This document shows positions 1 through 12,569 of a stretch of DNA of 64,000 nucleotides, one piece after another (position 1 is the first letter of the stretch; each line of letters starts with the position of its first letter). Origin of the DNA: Octopus vulgaris. Its lineage: Eukaryota. The stretch is from the NCBI GenBank assembly GCA_951406725.2, contig OX597814.1, positions 183,768,001-183,832,000 of the forward strand, in the 5' to 3' direction. Both the position numbers and the translations under genes were made by a program. Below the pieces are notes generated by a model. The model was not told the DNA's origin. It saw nothing but the letters and a program-made list of their open reading frames with translations, and searched no databases.

Positions 1-624
1 GCCACCCCACCCTAACGCAAGAGTTTTTATTTATTCCCTCATTGAGGTATCGCATGAGGTGGACGATTTCCTATATGAATCTATAAAGGAATCAGAAATC
101 ACTGCTTCCGTGATTAAACCACCCACGATAACGACTGATGAAAATAATAGTAACCGTAACAGTATTGGTGCAACTATCAAAAGCAACGATTTAAAGAAGT
201 CTCTAAGTGGAAATCGCAATTCAACAGTGGATGGTAAAGATTACGTAAAGTCTCACCGCTGTGACAAGTCCCCCGTGGTGTGTACTTGTAGCTGATAGAC
301 GAAGGGTTCAAATACAGATGAATGCTGTACAGTTCCGTCCGTTTGTGTAATACAAGATCATGACATACGCAAAATATAAGATTTAAAAAGTAGTTCGATG
401 AATCAAAGTTCTGCGCTGAAAGAATTCAAGAATACAGAAAACAAGTGGATACGTACTGGTGGATAGGTAGACAGATGTGCAAAAGTGGAGAAAGATGCAA
501 GTGGTAACCTGATGTACGACACAGCATACCTAACTACATTCTGTTTGCTCAGCAATTTGGGAACCTAGTAGGAGGGATATGGCCGAGGCATGCTGGCAAG
601 AGCCGCAGATTATCCAATTCCATC

Positions 625-790
625 ATTGCAGCTATTAGAACCTACTTGGTAGTGTGGGAAGGTTTAAGGTTACCCATAAGCAAACAACAATCTGACCTCA
701 ATACTTTTATCAAGTAAGCAGTTACTGCTGGAAAGTGTACAATTTCCAGTACACCCTTGGTGCAAAGTGTGCACGGACGTCTTCGTCCCT
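625..790 (+). mobile_element. Decayed Ty3/Gypsy pol remnant (integrase N-terminal region)
   Basis: 719-784 translates QLLLESVQFPVHPWCKVCTDVF, resembling the Gypsy integrase 'P..PW..V..D.F' motif; no intact ORF or LTRs. Confidence 0.4.
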
Positions 791-1173
791 CGTACGATTA
801 TAGTATTGACCCATACTACTAGTGAAGTAAAGGAATTATGTGAACGCGCGCGCGTAAAATTGGGGCTTTGATAGATTATGTGAATGATGATGAGTGTTGT
901 GTATACTTGTTAAAATAGGTGCAGTGTTTTAATTCTTTACAAAGTTATTCGATTGTATACTGTTCATGCCTTCCTAAAATTTCATAAGGAATATGAACCT
1001 AAGGTGGCTGACTGGAAATCAAAACGAATCCACAATAAGTACGACTGTTAAATAAGATGTGCTGGAGCAGAAACAAATATTTTATTAATAAAATAACATC
1101 TGCCAAAGATTTTGTCTTGGGATCGGTAATGATGTAAGATTGTGGAATGTTCTCGGCAGTTAAACAATAAATT

Positions 1174-1207
<34 letters not shown>

Positions 1208-1235
1208 GAGAGAGAGGGGGAGGGAGAGAGAGAGG

Positions 1236-1268
<33 letters not shown>

Positions 1269-1639
1269 GAAGAAAGCACGAAACGTACAAAAAGAGAACA
1301 TACACAAAGATACAAACCATCAGACGCTCAAATAAAAATATATTGTTAACTCCCTAGACTATCATCACCATTATGAAACATTATGTGACTGTACTGCAAA
1401 AGTACCCCCTTATGGGTTCTCAAGCTGTTTAACAGTCAACCGAAAGAACTTGGCTACAAGATGATGACAGTTTTAAAGTAAGCCTCTAGGTGTTTCATTC
1501 ATATCGCCTTTTCAGAAATTGCTCACAGCAGTCTTTGACATAAAACAAAAACATTGTTTCAATAATATACATAATTACTTGCTTCTAGTAAACAATGACG
1601 ATTATATTAATAGCCATAACACTTGAAACGTGCAATATG

Positions 1640-1737
<98 letters not shown>

Positions 1738-1744
1738 ACTGAAT

Positions 1745-2510
1745 ATATACTCAGCAGAAACGGCACAAGCGCCAAGTCTTGTGTTCTGATACTCTGTTTT
1801 TCCACGAAGAAAAGGGAATATTGCACCGTTTCAGATTGTCTTGTAGTTTGCCTTTGAAGCGCAAGAGTGTCCTTCCAACTGACCTTCCTGATGGGAATTG
1901 ACCAAAGAGAAGTTGTTTCAAGATTCTGATATCACTCATACGTGGGAGATGACCTGACCATTTAAGCTTTATTTTGATGAGAATGGCTTCAATACCTGAT
2001 ATGTTGCATTTTGTAAGTTCCACACTGTTATGAATATCGTCGCTCGGTTTTATGTTGGAGACAGTACGCAAGCATCGCATATGAGAAGCGTCAAGGTGAT
2101 TGATGTGCTTTCGGTACAAAGTTCAAGATTCAGCACCATAAAACAATGTTGTCAAGACCACCGAAATTTATACATTAACTTTCACCTTCAACGACACGTC
2201 GTGGCTGTTCCATAACCTGTAATAAAGCTTACCGAAAGCGGACCTAGCCTTCCCGATTCGGGACTCGATTTCTTTATCCATCTTCGCATCATTGGACACA
2301 GTGGAACCAAGATAAGTGAAGGAGGAAATAATGCTTTTCATATACAGTAGGGACATATACACATTATACAGTAGTGACAACAGCAGGAAGATGGTCACGA
2401 ATGGGCTTGTGGACTAGCTCAGTTTTCTTAAAGGTGATGGTCAGACCAAAGGCTTTCGAAGCATGCGAGAAGTTGCTTAGAATCTATTGCATGTTCTCAA
2501 GAGATACATG
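1745..2510 (-). mobile_element. RTE-clade LINE, decayed 3' part of RT ORF
   Basis: FTYLGSTVSNDAKMDKEIESRIGKARSAFGKL, HMRCLRTV, LKWSGHLPRMSDIRILKQLLFGQ, LRFKGKLQDNLKRC; frameshifted. Confidence 0.9.
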
Positions 2511-2673
2511 CATACAAGAACTGGTTACCTGCACTCGTATACTGCAGCTTTGAAAGACTGTTGACGGAAATCCAGGTACCTTAATTGTAAAACTAATGCC
2601 TATATATGTCGAAGAGATATATTTAAGATATGTAAGAAGACAAAGAATGATTTCAACACACCCATGTGTGTGT

Positions 2674-2740
<67 letters not shown>

Positions 2741-2745
<5 letters not shown>

Positions 2746-2896
2746 AAACTTAAAGGATTGACCACTAAAAGTGGACAGCTTGTATGCTAGATATAGACGT
2801 CAAAATCGCCATTCTCCGTGGAAAATGGCGATTTTGACGTCTATATCTAGCATACAGGCTGTCCACTTTTAGTGGTCAATCCTCTAAATTTTGTAT
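2741..2896. repeat. Near-perfect palindrome, 77-bp arms, 2-nt loop
   Basis: 2741-2817 vs reverse complement of 2820-2896, 4 mismatches; abuts (TA)n. Confidence 0.95.
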
Positions 2897-2980
2897 GTAA
2901 AAAATATTTTAATCTTCTGATTTTTTTGGAAATATGCTAGGCCACTGGTTTTAATTGATTAATATCAATTTCTACCCTTA

Positions 2981-3021
<41 letters not shown>

Positions 3022-3407
3022 GGAATTCCAACTTTGATTTTCCCGTTTTATTTACAATCTTATAATAATATGATATAAAATAATATAATGAAATGATTGA
3101 ATATTAAATGATCATTTTTATTGAACTAGTACTTTCATGCATTAAACTATGCAATCTTCAGATCCATATAGTAATAGTGATAGTTATGTTCTACAATTTA
3201 CAACTCTGTGTGTGTGTGTTTGTGTATTCCTTTATGACTCCAATGCCATGTACCTTGAGAACACATGTTTCTGTTAATAACAAAGAAGCAAATATGAAGG
3301 TGGTTCTTGTGTGTTTGGTTGTTGGTGCTGCTCATTTTCGATTGTGACAAATCACAACTGGAATTTCTTGTTGGATGACAATTTTTGAGCCACATTGTTG
3401 AAACTTC

Positions 3408-3676
3408 CATAAAAGAAAAGGACAGGCTTATTGCTTGGAGGTAAGAAGATAGTGGAGTACATGTGTCTCTGTCTTAATGAGAGTTAACAATATGGCAATT
3501 TACTCACCTTGTTACGAGAGATTTAAACATACAAAATGTATGGCCTACGTACTTCGTATAATTTAAATATATCTCCAAACAATAAGCTCGAGCATGTCAT
3601 TAATGGTATTACAACTCTGGAGCATGTTTGATTCTTGAGATCATTTGCCCATCTTATAAGAACCTGGTCTCAATTG
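3408..3676. repeat. Local direct duplication, copy 1 (copy 2 at ~5677-5945)
   Basis: Shared GGCTTATTGCTTGGAGGTAAGAAGATAG...CTTATAAGAACCTGGTCTCAATTG with scattered substitutions. Confidence 0.9.
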
Positions 3677-3859
3677 TAATGTGATCTGGGTGACTGCGAG
3701 TTTTAAACATGGGGATGTAGGAAAATGTAAGCTTGCTTTTATATGTGCATTATGTTTGTATGGAGGAAGAGCACTAAAAGAAGCTCATATTATGGTAATA
3801 ACAATTTCATTATTTTCAGTATTTGTTGCGTTTTATTATCTTCAGGACTTCTCTTTCCG

Positions 3860-4019
3860 CTTCTTCTTCTTCTTCTTCTTCTTCTTCTTCTTCTTCTTCT
3901 TCTTCTTCTTCTTCTTCTTCTTCTTCTTCTTCTTCTTCTTCTTCTTCTTCTTCTTCTTCTTCTTCTTCTTCTTCTTCTTCTTCTTCTTCTTCTTCTTCTT
4001 CTTCTTCTTCTTCTTCTTC
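3860..4019. repeat. Pure (CTT)n/(GAA)n tract, ~160 bp
   Basis: Seen directly. Confidence 0.99.
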
Positions 4020-4229
4020 CAATCAGGACTCTAAGCTACTAAGAATGCGTGTGGCACCCACCACACGCGATAGACTGGCGTTTTGCACGGGCGAGAAAGC
4101 TACGTTGTTATCCTCATTTCGTAAACGGTGGGTTTTAACGGGTGGAGAGCTGAACCATCATGGGGTACAGATGATTCGCAATCTATACTAGGGTTTGAAA
4201 GTTTACCACACTATAGTTCCCCTGCTTTG

Positions 4230-4428
4230 TGGCTGACGTAGGAAGAAGGAGTGAGAGAAAATTGTGGTGAAAGAGTAAAGTGGGGTTCACTCCCCACCCC
4301 CGCCGGACCCTCGTGGAGCTTAGGTGTTTTTTGCTCAATAAACACCCACAATGCCCGGTCTGGGAATCGAAACCGCGTTCTTACAATCGCGAGTCCGCTA
4401 CCTTCCCACCAGGCCATTGCGCCTCCAC
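4230..4428 (-). mobile_element. SINE-C (tRNA-Arg-like head), partial
   Basis: Reverse strand GTGGAGGCGCAATGGCCTGGTGG...GGACTCGCG...GGTTTCGATTCCCAGACCGGGC; homologous to 55750-56110. Confidence 0.85.
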
Positions 4429-4556
4429 TCCACTGTTGCTCTAGCTGCTGCTGTCGATGGTAATGCTGATGTTATCACCAAACAATAAGCTCGAGCTTGT
4501 CGTTAATGGCATTACAATTCTGGGGCATGTTTGATTCTTGAGATCGTTTGCCCTTC

Positions 4557-4708
4557 TTCCGCCGAGGTTGACTTTGCCTTTCATTCTTTCGGGGTCGATA
4601 AATTAAGTACCAGTTCCGCACTGGGGTCGATGTAATCGACTTAATACCTATGTCTGTCCTTGTTTGTCCTCTCTGTGTGTAGCCCCTTGTGGGCAGTAAA
4701 GAAATAGG
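4557..4708 (+). mobile_element. SINE-A, 5'-truncated, fused to a captured 85-bp local fragment
   Basis: CCGCCGAGGTTGACTTTGCCTTTCAT...GTAAAGAAATAGG; 15-bp duplication GGTAATGCTGATGTT at 4459 and 4707. Confidence 0.9.
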
Positions 4709-5331
4709 TAATGCTGATGTTTATGTTGTTGCTGGAGTTTCTAACGTAGTCAATAGGGCACAAATTTGAGCTACTGAGAAGCATTGTCTGAATATCAGCA
4801 CCGAACTTCAAGGACTGTACTTCAATACTGCAACAAATATCATTCGCTATTTTACTGTTTCACTTAATCAAAGGTTATCTTTATTTCTCTTTGTATATAT
4901 AGTACTAGGATAGAATCTAATAAGTGTTACATTGAATTGAAGAGGTTTTTGAAGCATTCATTTCTAAAATTACCAAAACACACTTAAAAGTTATTGCAGA
5001 AGAGTCACGTTGCGAAAAATTAGTGACAGCTCACTGTTGAAGAAACGTTGGCCTATGTGATTAAAGAAAATTTGGTAACACATAAAACAAGCTTCTATGT
5101 GTAGGTGAAACAGTCTCTACTGTCTTCTATTTTCCTGTTTCTGCATAATCCCTAGCACTTTTACTACCTTTATAACTGTGCTTAGATATACCTACCTACC
5201 TTCCTACCTGCCTGCCTGCTTGACTGCCTGCCTACCTGCCTACCTACCTACCTACCTACCTACCTACCTACCTACCTACCTACCTACCTACCTACCTACA
5301 TACATACATACATACATACTTACAAATATCC

Positions 5332-5364
<33 letters not shown>

Positions 5365-5415
5365 CATATGTACATATACATACATACAAATATATATACA
5401 TATTTACATATACAT

Positions 5416-5477
<62 letters not shown>

Positions 5478-5676
5478 AGAAAAGGTGAGAGAGAGAGAGA
5501 GGGTGACAGAGAGAAATACAAGTGTGCAAAATATAATACACCATAAATTTTTGCCTTAATAAAATCATATCCGACTGTAAAGAATGTATTACAATTACCA
5601 AATAGGAAATAAGGTCAGCTACGTATAAGAAAATGAGCAAATCTCAAGAATGATGTATTCATTAAATTCGTCATGC

Positions 5677-5945
5677 CATAAAAGAAAATGACTGGCTTAT
5701 TGCTTGGAGGTAAGAAGATAGTCGAGTACATGTGTCTCTGTCTTAATGAGAGTTAACAACACGACAATTTACTTACCTTGTTACGAGAGATTTAAACATG
5801 GAAAATGTATATCCTACGTACTTCGTATAATTTAAATATATCACCAAACAATAAGCTCGAGCTTGTCGTTAATGGCATTACAATTCTGGGGCATGTTTGA
5901 TTCTTGAGATCGTTTGCCCTTCTTATAAGAACCTGGTCTCAATTG
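5677..5945. repeat. Local direct duplication, copy 2
   Basis: Matches 3408-3676. Confidence 0.9.
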
Positions 5946-6208
5946 ACATTTGGTGATTGTGATATGTAGACCGTGCCAATGATAAGGTCGCAGTTAATGT
6001 GACAACAATTTTGACGTCAAATACAAGATGTTTAAGTGAAGTTAACGATCTTTGTGTATTTTTGAAATGATTGTTTTAATTTCAGCTTAGTCCCATATCT
6101 GATCACTTGCCAGACAAGCATACCTTCGAATATATATATATAGATACATTTCCTCTATTTACATAAAATTGAGGTCTCTTTCTTTCTTTTATTATCTTAC
6201 CGTTTTAT

Positions 6209-6281
<73 letters not shown>

Positions 6282-6318
6282 CCGACGCAAAAAACCACAC
6301 GCGCACACTCATACACGC

Positions 6319-6373
<55 letters not shown>

Positions 6374-6374
6374 C

Positions 6375-6405
<31 letters not shown>

Positions 6406-6450
6406 ATGATAAATCTCAGAGCGAGTTATAAACAGTAGCGGTAACACATC

Positions 6451-6603
6451 GTGACGCATATTTGCCATTTGAATATGGCTAACCCCTAAGGGTGGATGCT
6501 ACTGAAGTTTGTAGCCCCAAAGGAGATATCTTCCTGGGGCTACAAACTACAGTAGCATCCACCCTTAGGGGTTAGCCATATTCAAATGGCAAATATGCGT
6601 CAC
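6451..6603. repeat. Near-perfect palindrome, ~69-bp arms
   Basis: GTGACGCATATTTGCCATTTGAATATGGCTAACCCC...GGGGTTAGCCATATTCAAATGGCAAATATGCGTCAC; in (TA)n/(TCTA)n context. Confidence 0.95.
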
Positions 6604-6657
6604 TATATATATATAGATATATATATATACAAACATATCGATTTATCTATCTATCTG

Positions 6658-6769
<112 letters not shown>

Positions 6770-6919
6770 CATTTATATGTGTATACACATTATATTATTG
6801 TGGGCGCTTAAAATAAGTGGGTGTCTATATTATTTAGTGAATACACAGTACCTGTTGTACAGAGACATTGATTTCGATATAAAACGTAACCGCGGGGAGC
6901 TGCACGATGGAAGTGTTTA

Positions 6920-7060
6920 TAATTAGCGGTACGACAAAAGAGACCGATAGAATAAGTACTAGGCTTACAAAGAATAAGACCTGGGGTTGATTTGCTTGAT
7001 CGACTGAAGGCGGTGCTCCAGCATGACCGCAGTCAAATGACTGAAACAAGTAAAAGAGTA
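6920..7060 (+). mobile_element. SINE-B 3' fragment
   Basis: GAGACCGATAGAATAAGTACTAGG...CAGTCAAATGACTGAAACAAGTAAAAGAG. Confidence 0.85.
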
Positions 7061-7119
7061 TACATACAGCTCAAGGCAGGAGACCTGCAATTCAGTCATG
7101 ATGGGGCGCGCAGTTACGA

Positions 7120-7440
7120 TGGGTGTACTTCCTTTCATGCGGTCAAGGATTAAACACAACTCCTGCTATTCAGGTAGATATCCGGGAGTTAGGTACCTTT
7201 TAAAATTACTCCCTTCTCATCCAGGCATAATCTGCTGCTATAAAAGTAAGGTTTGTATTTTTCTAGGATCTTCCACTTTATGCTGTAGTCCGTGGCGCTC
7301 TCTTTCAAAGCCAAGGCGTGCTGGGCTAAAATTGTGGCGTTACATGTCTCTGGGATGTTGAAGAAGGATTTGTGGTTATTAAAGCGGGTTCTGTTACCCC
7401 CACACACTTCTGCACACTCGGTTGTCATTGGGTCCGGTTG
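7120..7440 (-). mobile_element. Penelope-like element GIY-YIG endonuclease C-terminal remnant
   Basis: RFNNHKSFF...TILAQHALALKE...YSIKWKILEKYKPY...LCLDEK fits the PLE endonuclease pattern 'R..NHK.SF..L.K...IKW.I...PY..C.LCL.EK'. Confidence 0.75.
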
Positions 7441-7660
7441 CAGTTACTTCTGACATTTATACATATATAAAAAAAAGGCGGTGTTCCAGCATGGCCGCTG
7501 TCAAATGAATGAAACAAGTAAAAGAATAAAATAGTAAAAGAATATATATTACAAGTTTTGTGATACAAAAAGGAAAAAATAGAACTCAAATTATGAGTAT
7601 ATGTATAGTATTTATTAATATATGGGGCAAAAATAACAGTGACTCAAGCGCCGCCAATGC

Positions 7661-7691
<31 letters not shown>

Positions 7692-7726
7692 TTGTGTGTG
7701 TGTGTGCGTGTGTGTGTGGGTATATA

Positions 7727-7758
<32 letters not shown>

Positions 7759-7790
7759 CATATATATATATATACATACACATACATACA

Positions 7791-7826
<36 letters not shown>

Positions 7827-7854
7827 TATATGAATGTATATTTCAAAATGTGAC

Positions 7855-8036
7855 CTCGTGTGTACCGTTGGCGATTTCTTTCCTTTGTCTTCCCTTCTCT
7901 GGATCTTTCCTTCTCTTATGTTTCCGACGAAGAGCTCCGTTCGAAACGTTCTTTCCTTCCTTCCTGAACGTCCAATAATACTAAATTTGTTCCACGTCCT
8001 CGCGTTGCTGTGCTTTTTTGTGCTTTCTTGTTTGGA

Positions 8037-8040
<4 letters not shown>
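7855..8040 (+). mobile_element. Short HHR-bearing (PLE terminal-repeat-like) repeat, family H1 copy 1
   Basis: CCGACGA-A-GAGC-TCC-GTTC-GAAACGTT at 7924-7950; homologous to 32920, 41780, 61120; in (TA)n. Confidence 0.75.
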
Positions 8041-8095
<55 letters not shown>

Positions 8096-8326
8096 TTCAA
8101 CAGTGAGTTCTTTGTGGTATGATCTCTCACGCGAACACCATCACCATTTTCGTCATGATTATTTCTAAGGAAGCTTCTTCTCTAAACGTTAGCTGTAACT
8201 GCTTGAAATAAGGACAAATCTTACCACCACCACACACACACATAGATACACATATATTTATATTATATTTAGGATTCATGTTTGCATCTATGAATGTATT
8301 TACATATATGTGTGTGTTGTGTATAA

Positions 8327-8361
<35 letters not shown>

Positions 8362-8732
8362 TGTGTGTGTGTATAACACAAATGTATGTTGAGAGTGTGT
8401 GAAATTCGGTATTTGTATATTTGTACACATCGACGTACAAAACTGCCTTCTGCCCTCTCCAGTCTTCGCCGACTAAACTTCGGAACAACAATGTTATTTT
8501 ATTTTACACAATTTTGCCTATGGGAGCTGACGACAAACACGCGCTCTCTAATAAAATAAACAGATATCACCTGATAGTAACCAAAATTAGGTCAGGAATG
8601 CAATATTTATGGTATACATTGTAGTATACCATCATTATATTTACGTATACGTGAATAAGTTTACACATACATATATCAGTATATACGGACTGCGTCACAA
8701 TTACATTATACAAAAAGACATTTATATTAAAA

Positions 8733-9115
8733 GTAGCAGCATCGCCCGGCGTTGCTCAGGTTTGTAAGGGAAATAACTATAAAGCATTTTTAGAGAGTTA
8801 TAGCCAAAAAATAGCAAAAAAATGGAAAAAAAATGATGGTAAATTTTTTTTTAGTTAAAAAAGGTCGAGTTGCGTCCCCTAGACAGTCTGTGGTTTGTGT
8901 TTCTGATTCGCGACCCCATGTCGAAATTATCGATTCTTTTCAGAACTGGGGGAACTTTTCAAAATTTTCGCTGCGTTAGTTTTGAATTATGACATTGGGC
9001 TATGTGTGTGTCAAGTTTCATCAGAATCGGTTGAAAGCCGTGGTCAGGGTGAGGGTACAACCAAACAAACACACAGAAACACACACAGACAAACTACCGT
9101 TTATATAGAGAGAGA
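8733..9115 (-). mobile_element. Non-autonomous Helitron
   Basis: Reverse strand begins TC..TATATAAA and ends CCTGAGCAACGCCGGGCGATGCTGCTAC (hairpin plus CTAG-like end); same termini as 34073-34460. Confidence 0.75.
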
Positions 9116-9268
9116 TATACTTTATCCGGCCGCTCATTCTCAACTCGGACTACACACGCATTTATACACACATTGTATAGCTCGAGGTAAATCCCTTTCA
9201 TTATTAGTTCATTTTATCATGATAAATTATAGTTATTAGCAGTGTTGTATTAACATTTGAGTATTTAA

Positions 9269-9430
9269 AGGCGGCGCGCCGGGTGAAATGCTTAGCGGTT
9301 CTGAGTTCAAATTCCGCCGAGGTCGACTTTGCCTTTCATCCTTTCACGGTCGATAAATGAAGTACCAGTTTCGCACTGGGATCGATGTAATCGTCTTAAT
9401 CCTTTTGTCTGTCTTTGTTTGTCCCCTCTA
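9269..9430 (+). mobile_element. SINE-A, internally deleted
   Basis: GGCGGCG...GAGTTCAAATTCCGCCGAGGTCGACTTTGCCTTTCATCC. Confidence 0.85.
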
Positions 9431-9944
9431 GCTTAAACTGTGCACTAAATGGAGGTGTAGTTAAATCCTATCTAATGGACTCAACCATGTTCTAAAATAA
9501 GTCGAAAGTATAATTCCATCGAAATCTCTGACTATTTTTCAGAGATAATATACACTCCAAACACATATGTATATGTCTATGGTGCATAGATACACACTGC
9601 TTTAAAAAAATGTTTCTCCCAGCGTTCACTATTTTCCTTTCCTTCTGGTCTAACGACCCTCCATGTTTGTTTTCGTTCGGTTTCCTTGTATGTCTCCACT
9701 GTTATGTTTTTTTTCCCAACTTTGACCCTCCATAAATCTTAAATTTTATTTTATAATGTATGGGAGCAACTGTTTTTGAAGACTCATATTGTCGTTGAGT
9801 GCTCGAAATGAGAAGTAGATAGACAGTCAACAACTGATGAAGGGTCCTTTCTCTGTGTTTACTTGTCCTGTTTTCCATTTTTTCTCGTTGTTTACGTATT
9901 TCTTGTTATTTGCACTGTCGGTGACGTTCTGTACCGATACATGC

Positions 9945-9991
<47 letters not shown>

Positions 9992-10050
9992 TAAGGACCT
10001 ATATTATATACATATACATACACACAAACACAGACGCACACATACACACA

Positions 10051-10092
<42 letters not shown>

Positions 10093-10749
10093 TACACATT
10101 AATGATAATATAAAATATCACAGAACAAAATATGTGTATATGATCTCGTGTATAAACAGCGAAACGAAAATTGATATTCATCCACGCAAATGTATGGCTC
10201 TGGTTGCATGTCAATGTGTGTGCATCTGCGCATCTGTGAGTATATGTGTATGTGCCCCGTAAGTGCTTGTGCGTTTATAGATGTGTTTTCATGTATTTAC
10301 GTCCTAGTGTTAGTTTTCACTAGCTTCTGTTACTTGAGTTTTCATTCTTGCGTAGGCGAATTAAAATAGGTTTATTGTTGGTACACGTGACAACATTTAT
10401 ATAGATAAATATATCTTTTATGAGAATACACAGTCGTATTTGATGTTGTACACGCTTGTTTTTTTTTTGTAGTTTTCGCTTATGCATTTGTATGTTTGTG
10501 TGTTTCTGTTTGTGTGCTTATCTGACTATTTGGACATTTGCGTGAAATCGAATAATTGCGTGTCTGTAAGTTTACATCTATAGCAACCAATACATTAATC
10601 TCCTGTTTTAAAAGAAGACGCAGAAAGTAGTTGCGGCTGAAGCAAAGTAAATGTATTTTAGTAAGTATGCATAAATTAATGGTTGTCTCTCGATTTGAGA
10701 AACACGGTTCCGCAATTTCTTGCTGAACAACCATCACAGATAATTTGTT

Positions 10750-11170
10750 TCTTGTTTATTTATTGCCCACAAGGGGCTGAACACAGAGGGGACAAACAAG
10801 GACAGACAAACGGATTAAGTCGATTGCATCGACCCCAGTGCGTAACTGGTACTTTATTTATCGACCCCGAAAGGATGAAAGGCAAAGTCGACCTCGACGG
10901 AATTTGAACTCAGAAAGTAGCGGCAGACAAAATACCTATTTCTTTAGTACGCACACAGGGCTAAACACAAAGAGGACAAAGAAGGACAGACAAACGGATT
11001 AATTCGATTGCATCGACCCCAGTGCGTAACTGGTACTTAATTTATCGACCCCGAAAGGATGAAAGGCAAAGTCGACCTCGGCGGAATTTGAACTCAGAAC
11101 GTAACAGCAGACGAAATACCGCTAGGAATTTTGCCCGGCGTGCTAACGTTTCTGCCAGCTCGCCGCCTTA
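10750..11170 (-). mobile_element. SINE-A head-to-tail dimer
   Basis: One head (GGCGGCGAGCTGGCAGAAACGTTAGCACGCCGGGC) plus two ~183-bp bodies joined at AAATAGGTATTT. Confidence 0.9.
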
Positions 11171-11823
11171 GATGATTTGCTTCTAGTGATCAAATGTTTG
11201 TGGCACGCATAAGCTCATTCACACCATCGAAACTTCATTAGCTGTACAGGAGTAATGTGAGATGAAGTGTTTAGCTCAAGAACTCAAAACATCGCCCTAT
11301 CCAGGGATCGAACGCATAATCTTGCAATCGTGAGTGCAACACCATAACCTCTATGTCATGTACCCTAATCGTGAATATGCACACTATACACCAAATATAT
11401 TATAATTATAGCTGTACACGCCAATACAAACAGATATAAATATTTGTACACAGAATAAGTTGGGCATATGATGGCCTGTTATTATACACCAGTTTAATCT
11501 GAAAATCATCTTTATTTATCATACTGTACGAGGGAAACACTAAAGGCGAGGAATTAAGCAATTCTCTCATTCTTACTTCATACTGAAGAGTTGCTCTCAT
11601 AAAGTAATTAATTCTTATGGAGTGATCATCAAATAGAAGACTTCTACTAGTGTCTGTAGATGTAATTATGGCATGACGAGGTTGATACAGAGTCGCACCT
11701 GATGCTGATCTGAAGAAGTGCTACTCTAATATAGAAAATCGCAAATATTACGTCAGTTATCACAAGGAACCTTTGCATGAATTGGCATTGATGAAGAAGC
11801 GGACACAGAAACAATTGTTATGA

Positions 11824-11892
<69 letters not shown>

Positions 11893-11954
11893 GTCTGTCT
11901 GTCTATATATCTATCTATGTTTATCTGCCTCACTGTATATACATACACATATGC

Positions 11955-12012
<58 letters not shown>

Positions 12013-12320
12013 CCAGTGTCATTTTCGAATTGCACGGGTGTTTGTGTGTGTGTGGTTTTGTGGTTCATTCATTTTCCTGAAACGCAATTAAATGACAATG
12101 AATCACAATGGATATGCTTCTAGAATGCGGAAGAACCCCCTTCAGAGCAGCAGTTTCTACCGTATTATTGTCACCTGTTATGGTATTATTGATTCTCCAA
12201 GTATTATCTACTGAGATGGTCACAATTAGCCTACATTCATACATATATACATACATATATGGCTGCATGTGCATACGTACACACGCACATACATACACAC
12301 ATACATACATAAACACATAC

Positions 12321-12383
<63 letters not shown>

Positions 12384-12508
12384 CATACATATTGTATATA
12401 TATATATAAATATAAATATATGTATGTGAATATGTATATATATTATATCAGATATATATATATATACTTATAGATACATGCATTCATACACAAGACACAC
12501 ACACACAT

Positions 12509-12569
<61 letters not shown>

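Noticed and set aside
59-295. 78-aa ORF at the window start
   Set aside because: No recognisable domain or splice support; lies upstream of a probable Gypsy relic
3681-4191. Poly-F/L/S/E ORFs (and poly-R/S/F at 24123-24407)
   Set aside because: Stop-free trinucleotide tracts
11688-11823. Exon-like stretch [31 protein letters not shown]
   Set aside because: Weak acceptor, no partner exons, no recognisable homology
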